Origin: Azolla caroliniana
Taxonomy: Eukaryota > Plantae > Polypodiophyta
Direction of reading: 5' to 3'
Assembly: GCA_043228905.1 (NCBI GenBank)
Contig: JBHGNT010000006.1
Span: 19,344,001 to 19,408,000 of the forward strand
DNA: 64,000 bases
Shown piece by piece: positions 33,248-44,641 of this stretch; the first letter of the stretch is position 1, and each line of letters opens with the position of its first letter. The notes beneath the pieces were generated by a model. That model did not search any database, was not told the origin of the DNA, and saw nothing but the letters and a program-made list of their open reading frames with translations. The translations under genes and the position numbers were made by a program.

Positions 33248-36200
33248 TTTCAAGATTCGAACTCTTGACACGACCATGTTATAATCTAGTATTATGAGTT
33301 AACCAAGATATCTAGTACATAGTTATGTATGTAATTGGTCCTTATTATTTTGCTAGCATCATGTGCATAGTTGCTCCCTTGTGGTATTTACACTTGGCAC
33401 ATGCATGCATACCTACATGCTCTATTTTAGATTCATATGCGTGCAACAAGTATGCATGCCATGTAGTATAAATAGACGAGTTCACCTTGAAGGAATTCAA
33501 GGTGAACAACACCAGTTATGGAGTCTTTCCTTTAATAATATCTTCTTTCTTGTCCATTTGGTTATCTTCTTGCTTATCTCTTGAGCTTATGATCTGTGAT
33601 AGTTTGTTCACCTTCCCATCCTCATAGCTCTCCCTCTCATAAGCCATAGCTATGTCCGACTCAACTAGTGAGTTAGGCCAAATAATGGTAGCCTTACGAC
33701 AACTACAGCTTGAAAATGAAGCTCTTCGAAATTCTTTACAAGAACTTCAAGTTGGTACCTCCCTATCCTCACAACCCCTGAACCCTAGTCTCCCACAACA
33801 ACCTAGCCTAGAGCCTGATCTTCTACCAACATCTAGCCTAGCTTCGTCACAGTTTCTTGAGCCTAAGGTTAGCCTCCCAGAAAAATTTGATGGAACGAGG
33901 TCGCGTTTCCGAGGGTTCATCAACCAAGTTCGACTTATCATTCGGCTACAACCTCAACATTGTGGAGATGGTCTTCGACAAGTCGGCCTTGTGGGCACCC
34001 TTCTCTCCGGTTTGGCCCAAGCTTGGTTTGCACCATTGGTAGAAACCTCGTCACCTCTATTGGAGGACTTTCCCACCTTCCTCGCCGAGTTAGAGGCCAC
34101 ATTTGGAGAGACGGACCGACGACATACAGCTCTTAACAAGATTTATGCACTTGAACAAGGTTCGCGTGCAGCTTCGGTCTATGCTTCAGAATTTCGACAA
34201 CTAGCATGCGACGTCAATTGGGATGATCAAGCTTTAGCTTATCACTTTCGGTGAGGCCTTCGAAGCAATGTCAAAAATCTTCTCTTAAACTTTCCAGAGC
34301 CCACCTCGTTATCCCAAGTGATTTCACAAGCAGAGCGAATTTCGAATTTCGCCAAGAAGAGCACCGGACTTGGGTTCCACCTCATTCACTTCCACGCCAC
34401 GCCCCGGTCATACAACCCTAGGCATCCTCACACTCGCCTACTTTGGCAGATGCTCCTGTCCCCATGGAAATTGATCAAGCCCGATTTTGGCCATTGACTG
34501 ATGTTGAACGACAATTTCGGCGGGCTAATGGCTTGTGCATGTATTGTGGCGCCTCCAGTCATGTCGTTCGCCATTGTCCTAGGAGTACTCGCCTACAATT
34601 CCATCAAGCTAACGGACCCCAACATCCGGAAAACGACATCGTTCGGTTGCAGTAGGAGCCATGCAACTGGACATCTCCCGTCGCCCACATTCTCTTGGTT
34701 CCATTGCTGGACCATCAAGCAATTTCACATTGGAGGTATGGGTTTCGTTTAACTCTAGTTCCAATCAGTATGTTGCTTTACTTGATTCTGGGGCATCTTC
34801 TTGCTTCATCGACGTCGCGTTTGCCCAAGCACATGGCGTACCTGTCGTTGGCCTCTCAAAACCCATTCCAGTTGAAGCCATCGACGGGTGCACCCTCTCG
34901 TCAGGTGCAATTACTCAAGCTACAATCCCATTAGGGCTTCGGGTGGGCTCACACCAGGAGGAGCTCACCTTTTACCTCATAACATCTCCTCGACATCCGA
35001 TCATCTTAGGACTAACGTGGTTGGAGGCGCACAATCCAATAGTGGATTGGTGCAACCGCTCGATTGCATTTAGCAAGCCAAGATGCTCGTGCAAAAGTAT
35101 GAAGGTAAATTCAGTTTCCTATCCTTCGGAGACAGTTGACTCCGAATTGACTACCCCATCATCGGTCCAGGATGGGTTTGTTTGTGGCGCCATTTCTAAC
35201 ACACTCCATGTTATTCCCGAAAAATACCAACACTTCTCCGACGTATTTGAAAAATGTAATGCTGATCGTTTTCCTGAACACCGGCTCTACGACTGTCCGA
35301 TTGATCTTCAAGAAGGTGCATATCCACCCTTTGGTCCTCTATATGCGTTGTCTGCACCAGAGTTGAAGGCCCTTCGTGTGTATCTCGATGAGAACCTCGA
35401 GAAAGGATTTATTCAACCTTCTAAGTCACCAGCTGGGGCCCCCATTTTATTTGTGAAGAAGAAGGACGGCTCTCTACGCTTATGCGTTGACTACCGAGGT
35501 CTCAACAAACTCACTGTGCGCAACCGCTATCCGCTACCTCTGATCGCCGAACTCCTTGATCGGCTCCGAGTTGCGCCTGTCTTCTCCAAAGTTGATCTGT
35601 GTGGAGCGTACAATCTAGTACGCATCAAGCCGGGGGATGAATGGAAAACCGCATTTCGAACACGGTATGGGCATTTCAAATACAAGGTAATGCCTTTTGG
35701 TCTTACTAACGCTCCCGCAGTTTTTCAACATATGATGAACGATATATTCTGGGAATATCTTGATCTTTTTGTTGTCATTTACCTCGATGATATTCTCATT
35801 TTCTCGCCAAACATGGAGGAGCACACTCGCCAAGTCCGATTAGTTCTTGCCAAACTTCGCGAGCATGGCCTTTATGCCAAAGGCGAGAAATGTGAGTTCA
35901 ACCGTACCTCGATCGAATTTCTGGGCTACATCCTCTCACCCACTGGCATCACCATGGATATGAAGAAGGTCTCTGTCATTCAGGCGTGGGCGACTCCAAG
36001 GCGACTTAAAAGATGTGCAATCCTTCCTCAGCTTCACGAATTTTTATCGTCGCTTCATCAAGGGGTTTTCCACCCTAGCACAACCTCTGATCGCTCTCAC
36101 CCATAAAGGAACTCCATTTTTATGGACCTCGGAGGCGCAAAATGCGTTCGACTCACTCAAACACGCATTCATCACTGCCCCGGTGCTGCTACATGCCGAC

Positions 36201-38487
36201 CCCATAAAACCCTTCCAAGTTGAAACCAATGCCTCTGACTTTGCCATTGGCACCATCTTATCCCAGGCAGACGACAACAACCTAATGCATCCAGTGGCTT
36301 ACTATTCCCGAAAATTTACAGCATCCAAAATCAATTATCCCATTTACGACAAGGAGCTTGCTGCTATCATTGCTGCCTTTGAAGAATGGCGACCCTACTT
36401 GGCCGGCGCACAACATTGTGTCCAGGTAGTGACTGATCATAAAAATTTAGTTTATTTTTCCACCACTCGTACTTTGAATCGAAGCTAGGCCCGTTGGTCA
36501 ACATTTCTCGCCGACTACGATTTTGAGATCGTATTTCGACCTGGTGGCCAACATGGGAAGGCTAATGCCCTTTCTCGCCGAGCTGACCTTGCACTCCGCC
36601 TTGGGGATGCTGCTTATGCTCAACAATCTAGAAGTTTGTTGAAACCTGACCAATTGCATCTTTTTGCCACTTGTATGTTGCAGGATGATTCTTTACTCCA
36701 ACAAATCATTGATGCATCCAAGACCGATGCGTTCGCCAACGAGATTCGAGATAGTCTACAAAACCCCTCCAAGGCGACCACAAGGAAGGATCTTGACACC
36801 TTCACCATACAAGAGGGTTTGTTGTTCCGAGATCATCTCTTGTACGTCCTAGAGGGCCCATGTCGCACCCAGGTGTTGGTGGAATGCCACGATGACCCAC
36901 TTGCAGGTCATTTCGGGGTTGTGAAAACCCTCGAGCTAATCTCTCAAGGGTATTGGTGGCCATAACCATGGAAGTTGGTCAAAGAGTACATAAAGAGTTG
37001 TGACGTTTGTGCTCGCCCCAAAGCCATTCATCATCGGCCATATGGCTTACTACAACCACTTCCATGTCCTCGTCGTCCTTGGGCCTCTATCTCTATGGAC
37101 CTGATAACTGATCTACCCTTGGTCAATAACTATGACTCGGTGTTGGTCGTTGTCGATCGGTTTACGAAGATGGCTCACTTCACTACATGCTCCAAAACCA
37201 TTTCCGAAGAAGGAATGGTGCATCTACTACTCAACAATGTGGTACGCTTGCATGGACTCCCCGATGATGTCATCTCGGATCGTGGACCCCAGTTTGTCTC
37301 TCACTTCTGGCATCACCTACTACAAACTTTAGGCATCTCTGTCAAGTTGTCCTCTGCTTATCACCCCCAAATTGACAGGCAAACGGAGCGTGTCAACCAA
37401 ATCCTTGAGCAGTATCTTCGGTGCTCGGTTAGTTGCCAACGAGATGATTGGGTCAACTTACTTTCGCTCGCGGAATTCGCCTACAATAATTCAAATAATT
37501 CTCTCCATGCATCGACTAGCGTCACTCCCTTCTTTGCCAACTATGGTTTACATCCTCGCTTCAACATTTCCCTTCCTACCACTTCCATGAACCCTTCGGC
37601 GGAGGATCGCGCCCGCATTTTGGAAGAACTACATCATGATTTATCCTTGGAGCTTAGTCTTGCTAGTGAACGATACAAGAAGCAGGCTTATCGCCATCGA
37701 TCTTCCACTCCACACTTTTTCGTTGGAGACATGGTCTGGTTGTTATGTTGACACATCTCTACTACTCGGTTATGTGCGAAACTTGATTAGAAGAAGTTGG
37801 GACTATTATGTATCATCCAGTGCATCAAACCCGTCGCCTTCCGGCTCGCCCTTCCATCCCACTTCCGGATTCACGATGTTTTTCATGTCTCCCTCCTCGA
37901 ACCCCATTATGCTTCACAACTCCCAGGACGTCAGGCCCCACCACCACCACCTGTGCAATTGACGACAGGGGAGGAATACGAGGTCGACCAAATCCTTGAC
38001 TCGCGTTGGCACCGTCGACACTTGCAATACCTCGTCCTATGGAGGGGTTACCCCATGTCTGAGGCCACGTGGGAACCATCGGCAAATTTACAAAATTCCC
38101 CAGAGGTCGTCCAACATTTTCATCACCGATATCCCCACAAACCAGCGGCCGATTTGGGAAGGCGGCGTAAGAGGGGGGATAATGTCAAGATTCGAACCAA
38201 GATATCTAGTACATAGTTATGTATGTAATTGGTCCTTATTATTTTGCTAGCATCATGTGCATAGTTGCTCCCTTGTAGTATTTACACTTGGCACATGCAT
38301 GCATACCTACATGCTCTATTGTAGATTCAAATGTAGTATGCATGGCATGTAGTATAAATAGAGGAGTTCACCTTGAAGGAATTCAAGGTGAACAACACCA
38401 GTTATGGAGTCTTTCCTTTAATACTATCTTCTTTCTTGTCCATTTGGTTATCTTCTTGCTTTTCTCTTGAGCTTATGATCCGTGACA
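33248..38487 (+). mobile_element. Element D: degraded chromovirus of a second family
   Basis: LTRs 33248-33601 and 38183-38487, TSD CACAT, self-priming PBS 33604-33614, chromodomain YEVDQILDS...YLVLWRGY...TWEP. Confidence 0.92.
33652..38180 (+). pseudogene. gag-pol: gag and pol of D with stops and frameshifts
   Basis: ORFs 33652-34254, 34443-34655, 34661-36106, 36015-36488, 36975-37751 and 37797-38216. Confidence 0.9.
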
Positions 38488-39914
38488 CACATAAACCACG
38501 ACAATAAGTGAACCAAGTAAGTGACCATGAGAACCCCATTTCAATTTCTACCCCGCCTTCTCGTAACCCAAGTAGGCCTAGTAGCCCCTGTCATAAAAAT
38601 ACATTTGATGTCTTGAGCCAATTAGATGATGTGTTAAATAAGTTTGCCAAAATCGAAGCCATTTGGTTGGACAACGCTAGGCATATACCGTCTGTCCCTA
38701 GTCATGGTTCCATTTCATCCGGTCAAGTTAGTCGAGTTTTCTCTGCACAAGTTGAGTTGAACACATCTAGGTGCCAACTCTTGTTTCATGGATCGTGAGT
38801 TCACTCTTAGACTCTGGAGCCAACTCTTGTTTCATGGATCATGACTTCGTTGTAATGCATAATATTCAGTTGCATAAGCTCCCAAGCCGAGTTTCTGTCA
38901 GATTCATTGATGGATGCCCCATAGAATCAGGTGATATAGTTGAGTCTAAACCAATTTGTGTAGTCCTAGGAAATTTGGCTTGTGTCATCTCATTCAACAT
39001 CATTAGTTTTCCAGAGGACTCCCTAGTTCTTGGTCTTCCATGGTTTGAGCTACATAACCAAACTATTGATTGGAGAAAAAGAACCATTCAAGAAGTCACA
39101 ATTCAATCTAAGTCTCTTAAAACTCCAACAAGGGATATGAGTTTCCAAAAGATATCGACAATCTCTATACATCAGTTATGTGAGGAAGGACAGAACGAAG
39201 ACATGTTTGGGTTTATAGTTTTAACAACTCCCACATCGAACTCACAAGAATTGGGGGTCCAACTACTAACAGAATATATAGAGTTCTCCGATCTGTTTGA
39301 TAAGGTGATTCGGGCCAATAGACTACCAGAGCATCGACCATATGATTGCCCGATTGATTTGCAGCCCGGAAAAGAGCCTCCATGGGGACCATTTTAAAAC
39401 CTTTCGCCCATGGGGCTGTCATGAGATGGCAAGACTCGAACCCATGACCTTATGGTATATGGGTCGAGCTCTTAACCATCTCACCATCTATTGTAATTCA
39501 TAGAATATTATTTTCATTTATGTTTTATTATAAGAAAGTAATGTATATTCCAGATTTCTCTGGAACATTCTAGAAGCTTCAGGATTATTCCTGAGAACAC
39601 TATAAAAGAAGGCACTAAGCATTATGTTGAACCAAATTGGTTCAACACCAGTCTTAAGCCTCTTAGTCGATTTGTACTTATCTTTCATATAATATAAGAG
39701 CTGCTGTCATCATCCTATTTCCCTCTCTCTCTCCTCTTCTCACTTCCTCTCTCTCGGGAATCTTACGCAGTCCCGTCCTCTTAGTACTAATAGTACTACT
39801 CTTCTTAGTACTAATTCCATCTCTGTTTTAGTACTATTCCTGACAGTTTGAACCAATTTTCTCCTCTAGCCTACTTGTCACTCTCCCTCATCCTCCTACC
39901 CTTTCCCCTATACT

Positions 39915-41072
39915 ATGGCTACTGTTAGCGCCCAAGAATACCAATCCGTTTTCTCCGAGCTACAGTGCCTAAAAGAAAAGTTTGTTGCCTTGGAACAAGA
40001 AAACCAACGGCTGATAGGGGATCTGCAACAAATCGCTCTAGAAAAACAACAAACGCAACAACAACATGGGGAGTTAGCGTTACGGGTACAACAACTCGAA
40101 GCAGCGTTGCAACAACAAGGATCCAGTCCCCAAGGATTTCATAAAGAGCCCAAGATTGGACTTCCTGTGAAATTTGATGGAACGCGTTCGCAATTTCGGG
40201 GATTCCTTAATCAGGTACGCTTAGTCATCCAGATGCATCCTTCCCGATATCCCACTGATGCATCTCGAGTCGGCCTAATAGGCACGCTACTTAGCGGCTC
40301 AGCCTTGGCATGGTTCGCTCCGCTTCTAGAAAAACAATCGCCCTTGCTTAATAACTTTGAAGATTTTATTGGTGAGTTTAAAGCCTGCTTTGGAGACACC
40401 GACAGCATCAGGACGGCGATCAACAAGATCCGGCGATTGCGTCAAGGCGATCGTCCAGCCTCTGCCTACGCGGCGGATTTCCGCCTACTTGCTTCAGATA
40501 TACCCTGGGATGATCAAGCACTAATGGAGCAGTTTCGCTATGGCTTGCGAAACGATGTCAAAGATCTACTTCTAACTTTCCCCGAAGAACCAAAGTCTCT
40601 TACGGAGGCAATCAGTCGAGCAGTTCGATGTGACAACCGCCTTTTTGAACGGCGTTCAGAACGTCAATTACAGATACCACGCTCTAGGCCAGAGCCCACT
40701 TACGCCGCAGTCGCGGCTAAACCGTTTGCACGAGACATACCTCAAGCAAATACTTCGACACCGATGGAGATCGATACCATGCGTCGACGCGGCCCGTTAT
40801 CGGAAGAAGAAAAGCAACGACGACGTGCCAATCGATTATGCCTTTATTGCGGTGGACCAGGACATATCGCCATCAATTGTCCCCATAGGCCAAGAAGACA
40901 GGTAAATCAAATTGTCGCCTGTACTAAACCTGAGTCAATTCTTCCCTTCGGAGTGTCTGATAGTAGTAATAGTACTAATAGAGTGTCAGATAGTATTCAT
41001 AGTACTAATAGCCCAAGTATCTCAAATAAATTTGAAATCCTTAGTCAATTAGATGAAGAGTTAAACGATTGA
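39915..41072 (+). CDS. gag: Gag of C (385 aa)
   Basis: Intact ORF, paralogous to B gag. Confidence 0.96.
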   Translation: MATVSAQEYQSVFSELQCLKEKFVALEQENQRLIGDLQQIALEKQQTQQQHGELALRVQQLEAALQQQGSSPQGFHKEPKIGLPVKFDGTRSQFRGFLNQVRLVIQMHPSRYPTDASRVGLIGTLLSGSALAWFAPLLEKQSPLLNNFEDFIGEFKACFGDTDSIRTAINKIRRLRQGDRPASAYAADFRLLASDIPWDDQALMEQFRYGLRNDVKDLLLTFPEEPKSLTEAISRAVRCDNRLFERRSERQLQIPRSRPEPTYAAVAAKPFARDIPQANTSTPMEIDTMRRRGPLSEEEKQRRRANRLCLYCGGPGHIAINCPHRPRRQVNQIVACTKPESILPFGVSDSSNSTNRVSDSIHSTNSPSISNKFEILSQLDEELND

Positions 41073-44000
41073 GTCCAGCCAAAATAGGAGCCATTTGGTT
41101 GGACAGCAGCCCTAGATCTGTACAGCCCATTAGTGGTTCCATTCCTTCCAAGCAAGTTAGCAATGTGTTCCTAGCCCAAGTCATTGTTAGTACTAAAAGT
41201 ACTCCCCCAGTACCCGTCCTAGCACTTTTAGATTCCGGAGCTAATTCCTGTTTCATGGATCGAAATTTTGCCCAAGCTTCTCAAATATCCTTAAGAAAAC
41301 TTCCTTGTCCCGCATCTGTAGTGGTCATTGATGGTCGTCCCATTGCTTCCGGGAATATTGTAGAAGAATCAGAACCCATTCAAGTTGTCCTAGGTAGTTT
41401 TGTGTGTATAATATCATTTAATATAATTAGTAGTCCAGAGCATCCCATTGTCCTAGGATTACCTTGGCTTGAGTTACATAATCCAGCCATAGATTGGAGA
41501 ACAAGAGAAGTCCGATATCGACCACCCCAAGAATCAACTCGCCGAGTTTCGACCATTTCACTCCATCAACTACGCGAAGAAGGACCCAAGGAGGCAATGT
41601 TCCTATTTTCCATATCAGTACATCCTTCCAGCACTATTAAGAAGGACTCCTCAGTACAACTTCCGGCAAAATATCATCCTTATGCCGATGTATTTGACAA
41701 GGTAAAAGCCGGTACCCTTCCTCATCACCGTCCCTATGACTGTCCCATCGATTTACAACCAGGAACCGAGCCACCATGGGGACCAATTTACAACCTGTCA
41801 CCCACCGAGTTAGAAGTCCTTCGAGCCTACATAGAGGAGAACTTGGCAAGCGGGTTCATCCGTCATTCGAAATCTCTGGCCGGTGCACCCATCTTCTTTG
41901 TCAAGAAGAAAGATGGCTCACTTCGTCTTGTCGTTGATTACCGCGGATTAAATAAAGTCACCATCCGGAATAGGTATGCACTTCCTCTTATATCAAGTCT
42001 TTTAGAGCGAGTTAATGGTGCCAAGTTTTTTACTAAAATCGACCTACGCGGAGCGTATAATCTCGTGCGGATCCGACCGGGAGATGAGTGGAAGACCGCT
42101 TTTCGCACGCGGTATGGGCATTTTGAGTATACTGTTATGCCGTTTGGCCTAACCAATGCACCCGCAGTCTTCCAACACATGGCAAATGATATATTCAGAG
42201 ACCTCTTGGATATCTGTTTGATCATTTATCTGGATGATCTGTTGATTTATTCGAAGACCCAGGAAGAGCACGACTCTCATGTACTATTAGTACTAAAGCG
42301 ACTCCGCGAGAATGGTCTTTATGCCAAGCTAGAAAAATGTAGCTTTGACTGCAAGCAAGTGGAATTTCTAGGCTACGTCATCTCCTCAAAGGGCATCGCC
42401 ATGGATCCAGCTAAGATCCAAACTGTACTAGAGTGGCAAATTCCACGGTCGGTACGAGATGTACAATGTTTTCTAGGTTTTGCTAACTTCTACCGTAAGT
42501 TTATACAGGATTACTCGAAGATTATTTTACCTCTCACACAACTTACGAAGAAGGGCCAAGCATTTCTTTGGTCCATTGAAGCAGATATGGCTTTTCGGCA
42601 TCTTAAGAAAGCCTTTACATCAGCACCGATTCTAGCTCATGTGGATACAAGCAAACCATTCATCATGGAGGCCGACGCATCAGATTTCGCCCTCGGTAGC
42701 ATCCTTTCTCAACAAGGTGATAAAGAAGAGTTGCATCCGGTGGCTTTCCATTCGCGCAAATTCGATGTCGCAGAAATCAACTACGAAATACATGACAAGG
42801 AGTTATTAGCCATCGTGGATTCATTTGTACAATGGCGGCATTTCTTAGAGGGCTCTCCACATCAGGTCATTGTCTTCAGCGATCATAAAAATCTTGCTTA
42901 TTTTCAGAACGCTCGCGTACTAAATCGACGGCAAGCTCGGTGGGCGCAATTCCTCACGCGTTTCGACTTCAAAATCACATATCGACCGGGGAAGCAGCAA
43001 GGAAAAGCCGATGCACTATCACGACGTTCATATCTTGCACCTCGTCCTGGTGAAGCAACATTTGATAATCAAAAGCAAGTAATCTTGGGACCAACACGAT
43101 TGCACACGACGCGGATTTTTCACACCCCGATGGATTCACGGATTACCGATGACATACGTGCAACCTTGAAGACGGATAGTTTTGCTCAAGACATCCTGGC
43201 GCACATTGATACTTCTCGGGCATCCTGTTCTCAGTCTCAACAACCAGGTATTGACTACCGACAATTCGAATATCATGATGGTCTGTTATTCTTTAAAAAG
43301 CGCGTATATGTCCCCGATTGCTCCTGTCGCCTTCAAATTGTCCAACATTGTCACGACACCCATACGGCGGGACATTTCGGTAGTACTAAGACGTTGGAGC
43401 TAGTGCAGCGATCTTTTTGGTGGCCCCACATGCGCCGTTTTGTCGACGACTACGTTCGGACCTGTGATGCTTGCTGCCGAGCAAAGATGCCACGACACCA
43501 TCCATATGGCTTGTTGGAACCTTTACCAATTCCAAGTAAGCCATGGCAGTCTATTTGTCTTGATTTTATCACAGATCTGCCGGTCTCGAAAGGGTTCGAT
43601 GCTATCCTAACCGTCGTCGATCGATATACGAAGATGGCACATTTTGTGCCATGTACTAAAGCCATCACTAGCGAGGAAACCGCCGCTCTTGTTATGCGTG
43701 AGGTTTTTCGGCATCATGGCCTCCCAGACAGTATTATCAGTGACCGAGGCCCGCAATTTGTCTCCAAATTTTGGCAGCATCTCTTCAAGATGCTCAAGGT
43801 CTCCTGCAACCTCTCCTCCGGCTACCATCCTCAAACCGACGGACAGGCGGAACGAACAAACCAAACGCTGGAGCAATATCTCCGGTGTTTCCTGAGTTAT
43901 CAACAGGACGATTGGGCCGAGATTCTCCACTTTGCGGAGTTTGCGTATAATAATGCTATTCACTCCTCGACTCGGGTCTCCCCATTTTTCGCTTATACCG

Positions 44001-44641
44001 GTTTCCATCCTCGCTGGTCGGTGATCGACACTCCGGAGCTACCTACCAACCCTCGTGCCGAGCATCATTTGGAGAGGCTACGCAAGATCCAGATGGATCT
44101 CTCTACTCACCTTCGTCATGCTCAACACACACAGAAGACTTATGCGGATCGTCATCGGATTCCCTCCTCTTTTGCCATCGGAGATCGAGTATGGCTCTTA
44201 CGTCGTCACATCAAGACTACTCGACCGTGCGACAAGTTGGATTATCGACGACTCGGTCCTTTCCGTATTACGGGGAAGATTAATGATGTCACCTTCCGCC
44301 TTGATCTCCCTCCGCAGCTTCAGATACATCCGGTTTTCCATTGTTCTCTTCTTGAACCTTATAAAGCAAACACCATTCCCGATCGTGTGACACCACCGCC
44401 GCCCCCACTGGAGTTGGACGCCGGCCCGGAGTATGAAGTTGCTGCCATCCTCGATTCCAAACTTGTTCGCAACAAACTCTATTACTTGGTCGATTGGCTC
44501 GGTTATAGTCCGAGCGAACGTACTTGGGAACCCGTCGAGAATGTTGCCAATGCACAAGATCTTCTTGCTGATTTCCACCGAAAGTATCCGGACAAACCCG
44601 GTCCGCAAGTAGCGCTGACTCGTTCCACTCGTCGTCTTTAA
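41066..44641 (+). CDS. pol: Pol of C (PR-RT-RH-INT-chromodomain), -1 frame
   Basis: 1190-aa open frame with the catalytic motifs present. Confidence 0.96.
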   Translation, partial: RLSPAKIGAIWLDSSPRSVQPISGSIPSKQVSNVFLAQVIVSTKSTPPVPVLALLDSGANSCFMDRNFAQASQISLRKLPCPASVVVIDGRPIASGNIVEESEPIQVVLGSFVCIISFNIISSPEHPIVLGLPWLELHNPAIDWRTREVRYRPPQESTRRVSTISLHQLREEGPKEAMFLFSISVHPSSTIKKDSSVQLPAKYHPYADVFDKVKAGTLPHHRPYDCPIDLQPGTEPPWGPIYNLSPTELEVLRAYIEENLASGFIRHSKSLAGAPIFFVKKKDGSLRLVVDYRGLNKVTIRNRYALPLISSLLERVNGAKFFTKIDLRGAYNLVRIRPGDEWKTAFRTRYGHFEYTVMPFGLTNAPAVFQHMANDIFRDLLDICLIIYLDDLLIYSKTQEEHDSHVLLVLKRLRENGLYAKLEKCSFDCKQVEFLGYVISSKGIAMDPAKIQTVLEWQIPRSVRDVQCFLGFANFYRKFIQDYSKIILPLTQLTKKGQAFLWSIEADMAFRHLKKAFTSAPILAHVDTSKPFIMEADASDFALGSILSQQGDKEELHPVAFHSRKFDVAEINYEIHDKELLAIVDSFVQWRHFLEGSPHQVIVFSDHKNLAYFQNARVLNRRQARWAQFLTRFDFKITYRPGKQQGKADALSRRSYLAPRPGEATFDNQKQVILGPTRLHTTRIFHTPMDSRITDDIRATLKTDSFAQDILAHIDTSRASCSQSQQPGIDYRQFEYHDGLLFFKKRVYVPDCSCRLQIVQHCHDTHTAGHFGSTKTLELVQRSFWWPHMRRFVDDYVRTCDACCRAKMPRHHPYGLLEPLPIPSKPWQSICLDFITDLPVSKGFDAILTVVDRYTKMAHFVPCTKAITSEETAALVMREVFRHHGLPDSIISDRGPQFVSKFWQHLFKMLKVSCNLSSGYHPQTDGQAERTNQTLEQYLRCFLSYQQDDWAEILHFAEFAYNNAIHSSTRVSPFFAYTGFHPRWSVIDTPELPTNPRAEHHLERLRKIQMDLSTHLRHAQHTQKTYADRHRIPSSFAIGDRVWLLRRHIKTTRPCDKLDYRRLGPFRITGKINDVTFRLDLPPQLQIHPVFHCSLLEPYKANTIPDRVTPPPPPLELDAGPEYEVAAILDSKLVRNKLYYLVDWLGYSPSERTWEPVENVANAQDLLADFHRKYPDKPGPQVALTRSTRRL

